From the IMG/VR virus record IMGVR_UViG_3300025913_000024, positions 47,478 to 111,477 of that record: a DNA stretch of 64,000 bases; one strand, given 5' to 3'. The position numbers were made by a program, and so were the translations under genes. The stretch comes from a virus (taxonomy: Duplodnaviria; Heunggongvirae; Uroviricota; Caudoviricetes). The notes beneath the pieces were generated by a model. That model did not search any database, had not been told where the DNA came from, and saw nothing but the letters and a program-made list of their open reading frames with translations. Of the stretch, positions 9,945 to 20,066 are shown piece after piece. Each line of letters opens with the position of its first letter. The stretch's first letter is position 1.

Positions 9945-10145
9945 ATGCCCGAAGAGACATTGACCGAACAGGACATCCGGAAAGCCTTCTCTGAAGGTAA
10001 GGTTGTCCAGGTGAAGATCCCCGGAGATTCTGGTGTGATCGATCAGCGACCTGGTTTCAAAGGGTCGGATCTGAACATCAAGTGGAACTCCGGAATGCGA
10101 ACGCCGTTCTTCATGAACAAAGACACGGTCTTCACGATCAAGTAA
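9945..10145 (+). CDS. hypothetical protein (66 aa)
   Basis: RBS GGAGGA 5 nt upstream; followed by a bidirectional terminator. Confidence 0.5.
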   Translation: MPEETLTEQDIRKAFSEGKVVQVKIPGDSGVIDQRPGFKGSDLNIKWNSGMRTPFFMNKDTVFTIK

Positions 10146-10151
10146 AAGAAA

Positions 10152-10177
10152 AGGTTCCCGAAAGGGAACCTTTTTCA
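10152..10177. terminator. bidirectional rho-independent terminator (GAAA tetraloop)
   Basis: AGGTTCCC-GAAA-GGGAACCT flanked by an A-run and a T-run; sits between convergent genes. Confidence 0.8.
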
Positions 10178-10178
10178 T

Positions 10179-12404
10179 TTATGGTCTTCGAAGACCCATG
10201 GTTTGTAATCTTTTCATGGTATCGATCTTGGCTTGTTCTGCCGTCTTTTCAACGATCTTGTCAGGGTCAAAGATCTCGTGCCCCAAGAACTCATACTTTC
10301 GTAAGAGCTCACAGTTGGCAGCTAGAACGTCTGCACCGTCTTTTGCATGGATGCCAATCATGCTGGTCAACCAGTTCTCGTCACCTTCGTAGACCAAGTC
10401 GCCGTTCGTGTGGTCGATCTTCATCGTACCAGTCTTGTGTCCTGTGGCATCTTTTCTCTTAACCATCTGAAGACTTCTCATGTTGTTCTTGGCGTGGATG
10501 TTGTGTCCCATCTTGAACCGACCCGTCTCAACTAGACCGACAAAACCAATGTAAGGCTCAATGGTCTTGTCTACTGAGAGAAACTCAACCTCAAGACCGC
10601 GACGAAGAAGACTTTGTACAGCGGGTTCAGATTGGAACCGGTCGAAAGAGACTTTGCTGATGGTCAACATTCCCTCATCGATCAAGTCTGTGATGAAACA
10701 TCTGATGGCGTCCAAGTTGATACGTCCACCAGCAGGCGTGATCATGATCAACATGTCGTTGATGTACACGTTCTCGTACAGATCTCCACCTGAAACCTCT
10801 GCTCCAGCTCGAATGGTCTTCATCTGTTTCTCAACATGAGAGACTCCAATAGCTGCAACGTCTCCAGAGATGGATTGGTCAACAGAAACCACACGAGGAA
10901 GGTGAGGGTTTCTCCAAAATCGATATCTATCCAAACTTCTGATGAAGAAGATGTCTTTCACTTGATTCCAGATCAACTTCTCAGGAGCATCCATAGAAGG
11001 AGCGGTCAAGTGTTTGTAGAAGGATCTAAGTTTTGGAACGAACACCCTATCCACCACACTTCCGTCGTAGAAGATCTTATCAGATGAACCAGCTGGGATA
11101 CCAGCTTGGTCCTTTAGAGCCTCAAAGAGGTTTTCTTCAAAGGTAGCTTGATAGTCCTTTCTAGCTCCGTCCTTCTCTTGAAGGATCTTAGGAACCTTGA
11201 TGACGTCAGGCATGTACTCAGGAACTGAGGCTCTGTCAATAACGATAGGTGGTTTACCTTTACCTCCGATGAACACGAAGAAGGCCTTGTCGTCTTTTAC
11301 TTCTCCCTTTTCATCAAAGGTGTCTTCAGGAAAGTCTCTTTTGTTGAAGTGCCAACGAGAACCTCGGACGATGTAGTTCTCAGGGTTCTTAGGAGCATCA
11401 TTGACGATCCAATCATCGATTGGATTCTCAAGGGAGTTAGGAGAGGAGTCTAGAACGAACCTACCAAAGTAGTTGCTCTTCATACGAGACTCAATACGAG
11501 ATCTGAGCTTGGTGAAGAACTTGAAGACGAAGTCGTCAGACTTTCCGGCATCAGAGAAGAAGCTCAACTCGGTCATGTTTCCAACGGCGATAGTCTGTCC
11601 CAAGAGTCCGTTAGGGTTTGAGATCAACTTGAAGTTGGCACCGCCAGAGAACTGAAGAGCAGAGGTTGGAACTGCCGTTGTCCAGTAGATCTTATCGATG
11701 TTTCCCATTCTTGAGAAGTCTCGGTCCCTTTCAAGCATGGCATCTTTTGAGTGAACCTTCTCAAAGAACTCTGAGGCTTGGAGCATGTTGAGCATTGGTT
11801 CAAGAAGCAACTCAGAAGACTTCTTCAAAGAGGTTGCTGCGTAAACTTGGGTGTAAACGGTAGCTGGAGAATGGCCTAGGTATCTCCAAGGAGCTCTCAT
11901 CATGGAGAAGTTCATCCCCAAGAAGAGGTTGACTAGAACTACCATGAAGGACTTACCGAAACCAATGTAAGGGTTCAGAACCAAAGTTCTGTAAGGCTTG
12001 AGAGGATCAAGGAACTCAATGAAAGCTTTTCTAACCCAAGGATAGATCGTGTTAGCAGTCTCTCCTAGGTATCGTGATGTCAAGAACTCTTCAGGCGTTG
12101 GTGGTTTATCTCTGAAGTTAACCCTCCAGCTGTTGGAGAGAAGATCCTGCTTCTCAGCGTTGGACATGTGAGGGTCTGTCAAGATGAAATCAAGAGCAGC
12201 TTTGATCTGAGGAAGGCTGATGCCTTTTACCTCTGGTCGTTCAAGTAGCGATGTGTCTCCAGCAAGGAGATCCTTGAGCATGAAGTCTAGTTCTTTCAAG
12301 ACACTAGGATCAATGGAAGACAGAGGGGCGGAAGGAAGTGCATCCAATAAAGTAGGATGCGGATTGACCAAATTTATTGGTTCTCGTTCTACATTCATAA
12401 TCAC
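10179..12404 (-). CDS. terminase large subunit (putative)
   Basis: 741 aa. Walker A-like GFGKS near the N-terminus. RNase-H-like nuclease motif VVSVDQSISGDVAAIGVSH in the C-terminal half. GTG start. Confidence 0.6.
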   Translation of the reverse strand: MIMNVEREPINLVNPHPTLLDALPSAPLSSIDPSVLKELDFMLKDLLAGDTSLLERPEVKGISLPQIKAALDFILTDPHMSNAEKQDLLSNSWRVNFRDKPPTPEEFLTSRYLGETANTIYPWVRKAFIEFLDPLKPYRTLVLNPYIGFGKSFMVVLVNLFLGMNFSMMRAPWRYLGHSPATVYTQVYAATSLKKSSELLLEPMLNMLQASEFFEKVHSKDAMLERDRDFSRMGNIDKIYWTTAVPTSALQFSGGANFKLISNPNGLLGQTIAVGNMTELSFFSDAGKSDDFVFKFFTKLRSRIESRMKSNYFGRFVLDSSPNSLENPIDDWIVNDAPKNPENYIVRGSRWHFNKRDFPEDTFDEKGEVKDDKAFFVFIGGKGKPPIVIDRASVPEYMPDVIKVPKILQEKDGARKDYQATFEENLFEALKDQAGIPAGSSDKIFYDGSVVDRVFVPKLRSFYKHLTAPSMDAPEKLIWNQVKDIFFIRSLDRYRFWRNPHLPRVVSVDQSISGDVAAIGVSHVEKQMKTIRAGAEVSGGDLYENVYINDMLIMITPAGGRINLDAIRCFITDLIDEGMLTISKVSFDRFQSEPAVQSLLRRGLEVEFLSVDKTIEPYIGFVGLVETGRFKMGHNIHAKNNMRSLQMVKRKDATGHKTGTMKIDHTNGDLVYEGDENWLTSMIGIHAKDGADVLAANCELLRKYEFLGHEIFDPDKIVEKTAEQAKIDTMKRLQTMGLRRP

Positions 12405-12512
12405 TTAGTAGCGCCACATTGAATAGTTATTTATTCAATAAAAAAATTCAATCTGTTTACTAGCTCCAAGCTGTACACTAATTATTTTACCCCATTTTAG
12501 AGGTTAAAAACC
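12405..12512. promoter_or_regulatory. divergent promoter region with perfect palindrome ATTGAATA-N6-TATTCAAT (12418-12439)
   Basis: 108-nt AT-rich spacer between divergently transcribed terminase and membrane-protein genes; palindrome read directly. Confidence 0.45.
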
Positions 12513-13553
12513 GTGTCTGACAGCAAAAAGGTAGGTCCAAATCGTTGGACCCGAAGGTTCTTTACAGCAGGAACCGCCGTGCTTGGATTCATTCTCATTC
12601 TGTTCACAGTCTTCTATGCTAAAACTGTGTCCTTGAAGGCTCAAGAAGAGGATTCTATCCTTAAACTTAGAAACCTTCAATTCAACTACGTTTCTGGTGT
12701 CTTAGCTGAAGAGTTAAGAGACGCTGACAAGTTCTCCAAGGAACTTACGTTGAACATCAGAAAGGACATTGTTTCTTACTACAGAGACCACCCTGGAAAA
12801 AGTTTGGCCTACGACTTGACCAACCTTAACCAGAACAACAACCCAGTTACCAACGCTATCGCTGATAACTTCAGGGGACAGTGGTTGAACAACATCGAGA
12901 ACGACAACAACGATCCATGGTCTGCTATGTCTGGTGTTGGTATCATCTCTGACTTGAGTGTTAACTGTTCTGCAGCCGGAAGAACAAGAAGCTTTGACGA
13001 AGAGTACAAGCTTCATGCTGTTCCAGAGCTTGCTAAGAAAGCTGTTGCAAGGATTCTTGATCAAGATCCTACTCTTGCATCAGAAGGTAGATTAGATCAC
13101 ATCATTGGTTGGAGCTTCTTGAAGCCAGCCAAACCTGAGTATGTAGTTGAAGACTTCACTCTTAAGAACTTAAGAGAAAAGTTTGTAAAGTATGGAACCC
13201 TGGACACTCTAGCAAGTTATGAGTTCTTGGTTCCACAATATATCGATCAAGATCAAGACTTGGTCGGAGTCAGAACGGTCTCAAACCGAGGTCTCAGAGA
13301 GGCTAGAGTTCATCAGATCGTTATCGTTTCTGGATTTAATTTGGTAGATCAGTTTAAAGCTGTCGACGCACACCTCTACGCATACAACAACTTTGAAACT
13401 GACATCGCGACGATCAAAGATCATTATGACTTTGATATCTTCATGGAACAGATCTTCAGTTTCATCATCGCGGTTGTTTTCTTCATCTGTTTTGGTGCAG
13501 TTTACTCTTTGGAAGGTACGCTAGAAGACAAGCTTCGCTCATCTGACGAATAA
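12513..13553 (+). CDS. membrane protein (N- and C-terminal TM helices), 346 aa
   Basis: GTG start. Hydrophobic N-terminal segment FTAGTAVLGFILILFTVFY and C-terminal segment IFSFIIAVVFFICFGAVYSL. Confidence 0.6.
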   Translation: MSDSKKVGPNRWTRRFFTAGTAVLGFILILFTVFYAKTVSLKAQEEDSILKLRNLQFNYVSGVLAEELRDADKFSKELTLNIRKDIVSYYRDHPGKSLAYDLTNLNQNNNPVTNAIADNFRGQWLNNIENDNNDPWSAMSGVGIISDLSVNCSAAGRTRSFDEEYKLHAVPELAKKAVARILDQDPTLASEGRLDHIIGWSFLKPAKPEYVVEDFTLKNLREKFVKYGTLDTLASYEFLVPQYIDQDQDLVGVRTVSNRGLREARVHQIVIVSGFNLVDQFKAVDAHLYAYNNFETDIATIKDHYDFDIFMEQIFSFIIAVVFFICFGAVYSLEGTLEDKLRSSDE

Positions 13554-13578
13554 CTAATTTTTGCTTGAGGTGAGCAGT

Positions 13579-13914
13579 ATGATAAATCTTGATAGTTTCC
13601 TACAGAGTTTTTTGTGCGTTATGTTCACCTTGGCTGGAATTGTCATTCGAGACTTTTTTCTAAAGTCTAGCAGAAAGAAACACTGGCGCCACAAGATGGT
13701 TCTTAGTTTTGTTCTAGGCCTTCTTCTTTTTTTCGGAAAGAGCTTGATGTTCCCTCAAGTTAAGGATGAGTTTGCCATAGCTTTTGTTGCTGTGCTCGTA
13801 GGTCTAATTGGAGATATGCTCTTCTTAACCTTCCTTAACAAACCTTTCAAGTTCTTTGAGTTGATGAAAGGGATGAAGGAGCTCTCGAAAGACGAAGATG
13901 AAAAGAAGAAATGA
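13579..13914 (+). CDS. small membrane protein
   Basis: ATG with RBS GAGGTG; three hydrophobic segments. Confidence 0.5.
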   Translation: MINLDSFLQSFLCVMFTLAGIVIRDFFLKSSRKKHWRHKMVLSFVLGLLLFFGKSLMFPQVKDEFAIAFVAVLVGLIGDMLFLTFLNKPFKFFELMKGMKELSKDEDEKKK

Positions 13915-14666
13915 CCCTTTTAGAAATAACAGAACCTGTCGTCACAGCAGCCACCACAACCAACACCGACGTTAACTCGGCTCTCACCTCTATCTGGAAT
14001 GGGTTCAGTGCCCTTTACAATTCTAGTCCAGCCTTTCAAACCATCATTCTCGCGAGTTTTTGGGGTATAGTTCTACTCATCTTGTTAGGTGTTATCTCGA
14101 AAAAAGACAAGGATAAGAAAACAGCTTCTGGTCCAACAGATCCTAAGAACATCTACTGGAAGAACAAGAAAGACCTATACGACAAGCTAAGAAAGACCAC
14201 AAGAGATTTTGGAAACTCTTATAGTACTTTGTTGAACTCTGAGTTTTACAGACGAGCTCTTGAGGTTGGGGTTCCATCCAAGTATCTCTTCTCGTGGGAA
14301 GAAGCAAAAGACTGGAACTCCTTTTTCTCTGCTCTTGGAACAAGGGTCTTGACCCAACTCTTTGATGATATCGAGAACAATGGCTTCGAGACCATAGCTG
14401 ATGAAGAGGTTGAAAGTTTCCTGTCGCATAAGGTAGCTCTTCAACGAGGAAAGATCTACCAAGCTGTGACCGAAGAGTTTCAACAGGAGATCTTTCACAG
14501 AGGGCCTCAAGGCGACTTCTACTCAAGAACAAGGATCATGACTTACGGAGAGATCTCATTGATCATAGAGAAAGCCATGTCTTTTCTTGAACTTGAGGTC
14601 AGAAAGATCTATAAGACAGCCATCGACGAGGCCAAAAAGGTCCAAAGACTGATCGAAGAAGACTAA
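13911..14666 (+). CDS. membrane-anchored protein (251 aa)
   Basis: Start overlaps the upstream stop (ATGA); TM segment IILASFWGIVLLILLGVI. Confidence 0.55.
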   Translation: MTLLEITEPVVTAATTTNTDVNSALTSIWNGFSALYNSSPAFQTIILASFWGIVLLILLGVISKKDKDKKTASGPTDPKNIYWKNKKDLYDKLRKTTRDFGNSYSTLLNSEFYRRALEVGVPSKYLFSWEEAKDWNSFFSALGTRVLTQLFDDIENNGFETIADEEVESFLSHKVALQRGKIYQAVTEEFQQEIFHRGPQGDFYSRTRIMTYGEISLIIEKAMSFLELEVRKIYKTAIDEAKKVQRLIEED

Positions 14667-14736
14667 GCACTTTTTGATCATTTGACACTAATTGAACATC
14701 TTAAGGTAAGCGCTTTAGTCCTTAAGAAATCTTGGA

Positions 14737-14758
14737 AAATATGCCGAATATGCCAAAC
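14737..14758 (+). promoter_or_regulatory. AAAATATGCCGAATATGCCAAA motif in the 236-nt leader of a head-gene operon
   Basis: ATATGCCGA(A/G)xATxG also occurs at 19924-19939 upstream of the capsid gene. Confidence 0.3.
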
Positions 14759-14902
14759 CTAAATGAAGAGGCCAATGGTGCTGGCCAAACGTCTCGACCC
14801 TTATATGTTGAGCAAAAACCAAGCAACTCCGTATGGTGTTGCATACACTTTCATCGTCCTCTAATCTTATAAGCGCAAAAGATCAAGACACAAGGGAAAC
14901 TA

Positions 14903-16153
14903 ATGAGTTTCAACGTAAAAGAATTTAAGGAGCGCGCAAAGGCCGCTGCTCTTAAGGAAGCTGCTGCCGCTGGCAGAGCTCCAGCACAGGCTCCTGCTCC
15001 TGCAGCAAAGCCTACTAACGACAAGATCGCTTCTCTCAAAGAAAAGATCCAGACCAAGCTCGCTGAGAAGAAGGCTGCTCAAGCCGCTGCACCAGCAGGA
15101 GATGCTGATCGACAAGCTAGACTCAAGGCTTTCAAGGAAAACTTGATTACTAAGAGGAGAGCCGCTAAGCTCCAAGAGAATCGTGTTGCAAGAAACACCG
15201 CAGCCAAGGAAACCGGACGCAACCTCAAGGAAGAGACTCTTCTTCTTAAGAAGAGAGTTCAGAACTTGAAGAACTGGTTCAAGGAGAACGAAGGAGTTCT
15301 CGGAGCCGGTGTAGATCCTTACGCAGCAGGAACCATCCCAGGTCAAGCTGTTCCAGGTCTAGAACCTTCCATGGATCCTAACGCTCCAGCTCAACCTCCT
15401 GTTCAGCTTCCTCCAGAAGTCGTTGCAGAGATTCAGAGCATCGCAACCGCAGCAGAGTCTTTGGCTCAGCTCGCCGGTATCGAACCTGCTACCAACCTCG
15501 GTGCAGAACCTGGTTCTGATGTTCCAGCAACCACTGCAGATGGAGAAGGCGGAGCTCTTCCTCAGGCACAACCTGGTGTAAACCCTGTTCTTGAGTCCAT
15601 CAGGAAGAGAAAGATCGACTCTATCAAGGAGAAGCTTGCTGCTCGTAAGGCAGAGAGCCTCGCTGAGAAGAAGACCACTGAAGATGACGAGATCGCCGCT
15701 CTTCAGGAAAAGGCTGCAAAGCGCAGAGCTGCTCTTCAAGAGCTTCGTGCTAAGGTCATGGCAGAGTCTTTCAATGATCAAGAAGCAACTGATGACCTCG
15801 TTCAGGCTCTTGAGATCAACCCTTCTTACCCTTACCCTACCGCTCCAAAGTACACCGACCGCTCTGAAGTTCTTCCAACCGCAGGAACTAAGAGAGGCAA
15901 CGAGACAGGTTCCTTTACCCCCGGTAAGAACACTCTCAAGCCTGGTCATGTCTGGAAGCCTGGCACCTTGAAGGTCTCTGGTTCTACCAAGGAACTTCAG
16001 ATCCACAACCAATCCGCAGACGCTCCTGAGGGAACCGCTCTTCGTGAAGATGGTCAGTTGGATCCTGAGAACTGGGCAGATCGCCACGTTCTTAAGATGA
16101 CTGAGAGCAAGGTTGACTTCCAAGCTCTTCTTAAGAAGGGACTTCTCGGTTAA
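14903..16153 (+). CDS. Ala/Pro/Lys/Glu-rich coiled-coil protein (putative scaffolding or internal head protein)
   Basis: 416 aa low-complexity protein with coiled-coil character, upstream of head genes; assignment is by position only. Confidence 0.4.
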   Translation: MSFNVKEFKERAKAAALKEAAAAGRAPAQAPAPAAKPTNDKIASLKEKIQTKLAEKKAAQAAAPAGDADRQARLKAFKENLITKRRAAKLQENRVARNTAAKETGRNLKEETLLLKKRVQNLKNWFKENEGVLGAGVDPYAAGTIPGQAVPGLEPSMDPNAPAQPPVQLPPEVVAEIQSIATAAESLAQLAGIEPATNLGAEPGSDVPATTADGEGGALPQAQPGVNPVLESIRKRKIDSIKEKLAARKAESLAEKKTTEDDEIAALQEKAAKRRAALQELRAKVMAESFNDQEATDDLVQALEINPSYPYPTAPKYTDRSEVLPTAGTKRGNETGSFTPGKNTLKPGHVWKPGTLKVSGSTKELQIHNQSADAPEGTALREDGQLDPENWADRHVLKMTESKVDFQALLKKGLLG

Positions 16154-16177
16154 TCAATCGTTAGTCTGATGTTAAAA

Positions 16178-16208
16178 CCTCCACCCTAGGGTGGAGGTTT
16201 TCTTTTTT
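16178..16208 (+). terminator. rho-independent terminator
   Basis: CCTCCACC/GGTGGAGG stem followed by TTTTCTTTTTT. Confidence 0.8.
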
Positions 16209-16238
16209 CAAAGCACTAACTAAGAATAAGGAATCATT

Positions 16239-18230
16239 ATGGGACAACTTCAGAGATTTAGAGAATCCTTCACCATGCAACAAGGTCAATTCGAAAGAAT
16301 TCCTTTGACCGAAGCTCTCCAAGAAAAGTATCACATTCCTGAGACCGTCAAGAGACTTACTGAATCTACCAAATATCAAGAGGCTACGACTAGACTTGTT
16401 GAAAAGGCTTTCAAAGACCTTGAGGAATCAGGTACTTCAGTAGAACTTATCTCTAGATTACGAGAAGCTCTAAAAGTAACACTTCCTGAAAACAGGAACC
16501 TTTACAAGTTTCCAGTCTCAAAGTACGACAACCTAAACATCAACAAGCGCCGATACCCAAAGAAACTTTGGGAAAGAGTTATTCATGATCAAGAAGATCG
16601 TTGGAAAGGACTCTCAGGTCTTGCTGACCACCCATCTGACGATTCTGATGGAGAGTTCAAGAACTCATCTATCGTTTGGTTGGACATGGAGATCGACCCA
16701 AAAACTAACCTAGTTTGGGGTGTGGGTGTTTTTGTTGGTCCTTACGGAAGACTTGCACAAGAGATCATTGACGTTGGTGGACGTGTTGGATTCAGCTCTT
16801 CAGGTTTTGGAGAGCTTGGTTATGACGGTGAGACCGTTGATCCAGAGTCCTACATCATCGAGCGTGTTGCAGACCTAGTTCTAAACCCTTCTCAAGGTGT
16901 TTATGGTGCTTCTGACAACAACTTGAATGTAGAGTACTCGTCTCAGAAACCTGTTAAAGAAAATTCTACTAATTCTCTAGAAACCCTTTCTCGGGTGGAG
17001 GAAAAACACCGAATGTCTGAACAAACTAAACCTGCTATTAGCAAGATCGAGGAGAAGAAGTTCCGAAGAGACGTTGAGTCTCTCTTGAACGACGCTTCTA
17101 AGTTAGCCGACCCTCAGGTTCGTCTTGTAGAACTCACAGAGATCCTCGACGCCTTTGAGGAAGGAATTGCTCCTGATCTTAGAGAAAAGGTTGAGACCGA
17201 GATCTTAGCTGAGAAGCTCAAGATCGAGACCATGCTTCGTGAAACAAGCGAGACCCTTTCCGCTTTTGGAGCTACTAGCCCTGATGCTATCAAGGCCGGA
17301 GTTGCTCTTCTTGCCGAAGAGGTTAACCTAGTCGCTGCTGAGGCAAAAGACTGGGAGAAGATCGCTATTGCCCTAAGAGACAGCAACAAGTCTCTTAAGG
17401 AAGAGAACCAGAAGCTCTCTGCAGAGCTTTCTATCCGTCCTTCTGTTGATGCTTTCGGAAAACTCACTGAGAAGGTCAAGGTTCTTGAAGAACAAAAGCA
17501 CAAGTTCGCTACTAAGTATCTTCAGGAAGCTGAAGAAGAGAACGAAACATCAGAAGAGATGGAAAAGAAGATGGAGTCTCTTAACAATGAGATCTCTGGT
17601 CTTAAGTCCAAGATTCTTGAGTTCGTCTCCCAAGAGAAGAAGTTCGCTTCTGCTCATGCTGCCGAGATCACCGAGTCCAAGAAAGAAGTTGAGTCAGCTA
17701 AGAAGTTGGCCGAGGAATCTAAGCTTGCTCTAGAAGAAGCCGAGACCACCATCGACCTTCAGGAACAACAGATCACCAGACTTCAGAACAGTCTCAAGGA
17801 AACTAGAGTCGCTGCTCAGAAGCTTGAGGAAGAATACGTAAACTTCCAGAATCAAGTTAAGCTTGAGAGTGCACCTCCTAAGATCGTTCCTCGCTTTGAG
17901 GAGAGAGTCAATGGACTCTTGAACTTCAGAGAGAACAACGGTGTTGAAGTTGAAGCTCTTTGGCAGACCTTGACCGATCGTCACGGTTCTGCTATTAAGC
18001 CTTTTGAGAAGAACATCAGAGGAGCCAAGACCATCAGAGAGGCTACCTCAGCTTACTACCGAGCACTTCCTGAGTTTGAAGAGAACAACATCGCTCTTCA
18101 CGAAGCTGAACTTCCAGATTCTACCTCTGTTACCAGACAAGAAAGAGTTGAGATGTTCGAGCGCCAAGGTGTTAAGTTTGGTGGAAAGACCTTGATCGAC
18201 AGAGTCCTTGAGAGAAAGGGCTACCAGTAA
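16239..18230 (+). CDS. head-assembly protein, N-terminal globular domain plus long C-terminal coiled coil (putative prohead core/scaffold)
   Basis: 663 aa. The C-terminal approximately 350 aa are heptad-like and E/K-rich. Located between the scaffold-like and capsid genes. Confidence 0.4.
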   Translation: MGQLQRFRESFTMQQGQFERIPLTEALQEKYHIPETVKRLTESTKYQEATTRLVEKAFKDLEESGTSVELISRLREALKVTLPENRNLYKFPVSKYDNLNINKRRYPKKLWERVIHDQEDRWKGLSGLADHPSDDSDGEFKNSSIVWLDMEIDPKTNLVWGVGVFVGPYGRLAQEIIDVGGRVGFSSSGFGELGYDGETVDPESYIIERVADLVLNPSQGVYGASDNNLNVEYSSQKPVKENSTNSLETLSRVEEKHRMSEQTKPAISKIEEKKFRRDVESLLNDASKLADPQVRLVELTEILDAFEEGIAPDLREKVETEILAEKLKIETMLRETSETLSAFGATSPDAIKAGVALLAEEVNLVAAEAKDWEKIAIALRDSNKSLKEENQKLSAELSIRPSVDAFGKLTEKVKVLEEQKHKFATKYLQEAEEENETSEEMEKKMESLNNEISGLKSKILEFVSQEKKFASAHAAEITESKKEVESAKKLAEESKLALEEAETTIDLQEQQITRLQNSLKETRVAAQKLEEEYVNFQNQVKLESAPPKIVPRFEERVNGLLNFRENNGVEVEALWQTLTDRHGSAIKPFEKNIRGAKTIREATSAYYRALPEFEENNIALHEAELPDSTSVTRQERVEMFERQGVKFGGKTLIDRVLERKGYQ

Positions 18231-18262
18231 TAGATAAAAGAGACAGCGCCCAAGTCGTCTCG

Positions 18263-18293
18263 AGCCTTCTCGTAAGAGAAGGCTTTTTTTTTG
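18263..18293 (+). terminator. rho-independent terminator (GTAA loop)
   Basis: AGCCTTCTC-GTAA-GAGAAGGCT followed by T9. Confidence 0.8.
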
Positions 18294-18319
18294 CTCTTAA
18301 CTAATTACCTAAAGGAACA

Positions 18320-19834
18320 ATGATGCAAAAGAAAGCTTCATCATTCGATGAACTCTGGGACAGGGTTTACTCACAGTACCAAGAAGACGCTGCCATAGAG
18401 CTCGGACACAACCCTCAAGCAAAACCTGGGGATGAAGAAGCTACCGCTTGGTTCAGAAACACGAAGAACGGGCAGTATGACATCCCAAGCTCTGAGAACT
18501 ACATCAAGACCGTTGCCAATCAATTGAAGATGGGTCCAACCCCTTTGCCACAAGACTTTGTGGCCTTTCTTAACTCTGCTGTCAAGCAATTTGGTCCTCA
18601 GATGCCTGATGTCATTGTTTATGACCAGTTAGACCAAAAGACCATCAACAACATCAACTCAAGATTCCCTAATTTCTTCATCACAAGTGTCGTTCAGATC
18701 AAGGACCATAACACAGGAAAACCTGTTGGTGTTTGGGGAGTCTTCAAACCTTCTAGCAACGCTACCGCAGCTTATGACAACACTAGAGTCATGAAAAGAC
18801 TTGACACCATGAAAGAAGCCGGAGGCCCTTTGAGCATTGGAAACAGCTTCTTAGGTTCACTCTATGGTGCAGCAGGAAACATGATCACCAAAGGTGTTGG
18901 AAAGCTCTTCAATAAAGACGCAAGCAAGCCAACCACTCCAGTCAGTCCTCAACCTCAACAAGTCTCTACTGCTCAACAAACCGACAACCCAGCTTCTCCT
19001 AACAGACCTGGTATCTCCGTCCAAGGTGTGACCGCTGGTCCTGAAGAGTACCAGAAGGTTGATCAACTTGTTCAAGCTTTGATCAAGACCTTTGGTTCTC
19101 AACCAAAGAAAGAAGACTTGTCCTCTGAAGCCAGAGAGTTCATCAAGGCTTATGGTCTTGAAAAGATGTTTGAAGCAGACCTTCGTTCTGGTCTTCAAAG
19201 TGTCCAGACCTTCTTAAGAACCCTTCAGGGAAAAGGAAGCTCTCAAAAGTGGGGACTTCAAGATTTCCAGAACCTCTCCACTCTTCTTGATGATCCAGAT
19301 GTTCAAGCTCTTCTAAAACAAAAGAAGATCGTCTCAAACTTGAACAAAGCTGACTTCCAGATCTTGATTCAAACTGTTGAACAAAAGACCGGTAAAGATC
19401 AAGGCAACAAACAGAACCAAGCCATCAAAACAAGCTCAGACCCTAGAGTTGTGGCAGCTGGATACACGGATCTCTTCAAGAAACTCGCTATGGATCCAAA
19501 AGCCAAAGGTGAAGCCGTCAATCTTTGGAGAGCTAACCACCAATCTACAGATTTAACCACTTGGTCTGTTAATGACCTCAAGACAATCGACAACTTAGCT
19601 GCAACCTTCTTAGGTCCTAACATGGTGATCAACGCTAATCTAGTTAAGAACTCTGAGAACCCATCTTTGACTCTTGGTGGAAAACAAGTTCAATCAGCAC
19701 CTGTTCCACAAGCAACTCCAGGAGCAAATAAAGCTACAGTTGATGCCATTACTAAATACATGAATACACATAAGATGATAGCTGCAGACAAAGAAGCCTT
19801 TTCTAGAGTTCTTAGATTGTTGAAATCTAATTAA
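18320..19834 (+). CDS. hypothetical head-region protein (504 aa)
   Basis: Large ORF between the scaffold-like and capsid genes; no motif recognised. Confidence 0.55.
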   Translation: MMQKKASSFDELWDRVYSQYQEDAAIELGHNPQAKPGDEEATAWFRNTKNGQYDIPSSENYIKTVANQLKMGPTPLPQDFVAFLNSAVKQFGPQMPDVIVYDQLDQKTINNINSRFPNFFITSVVQIKDHNTGKPVGVWGVFKPSSNATAAYDNTRVMKRLDTMKEAGGPLSIGNSFLGSLYGAAGNMITKGVGKLFNKDASKPTTPVSPQPQQVSTAQQTDNPASPNRPGISVQGVTAGPEEYQKVDQLVQALIKTFGSQPKKEDLSSEAREFIKAYGLEKMFEADLRSGLQSVQTFLRTLQGKGSSQKWGLQDFQNLSTLLDDPDVQALLKQKKIVSNLNKADFQILIQTVEQKTGKDQGNKQNQAIKTSSDPRVVAAGYTDLFKKLAMDPKAKGEAVNLWRANHQSTDLTTWSVNDLKTIDNLAATFLGPNMVINANLVKNSENPSLTLGGKQVQSAPVPQATPGANKATVDAITKYMNTHKMIAADKEAFSRVLRLLKSN

Positions 19835-19923
19835 AATAGAAGAGTTTTTATCTTTTTCGAAAGCTGCTACTAACTTATCAGGATTAGCGATACTAACTAA
19901 ATCGTAAGCTAATAATTCGGCTT

Positions 19924-19939
19924 TATATGCCGAGAATTG
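19924..19939 (+). promoter_or_regulatory. TATATGCCGAGAATTG motif in the 230-nt capsid-gene leader
   Basis: Shares the ATATGCCGA core with 14737-14758; sits in a CGGC-TTTATAT-GCCG hairpin context. Confidence 0.3.
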
Positions 19940-20066
19940 ATAATGGGATACCTTAAACTGCCCAACAACGGATCTGTCAACAACATATGGACAACGAGAA
20001 TTGCCGGATGTGCTTCGAGTCACTTTTACTCAGACGTTTTTACAATACACGCAAAAGGAAAACATT

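Noticed and set aside
18320-19834. Portal protein assignment for the 504-aa ORF upstream of the capsid gene
   Set aside because: Its size and position fit, but no portal motifs were recognisable by eye, so it was left as hypothetical.
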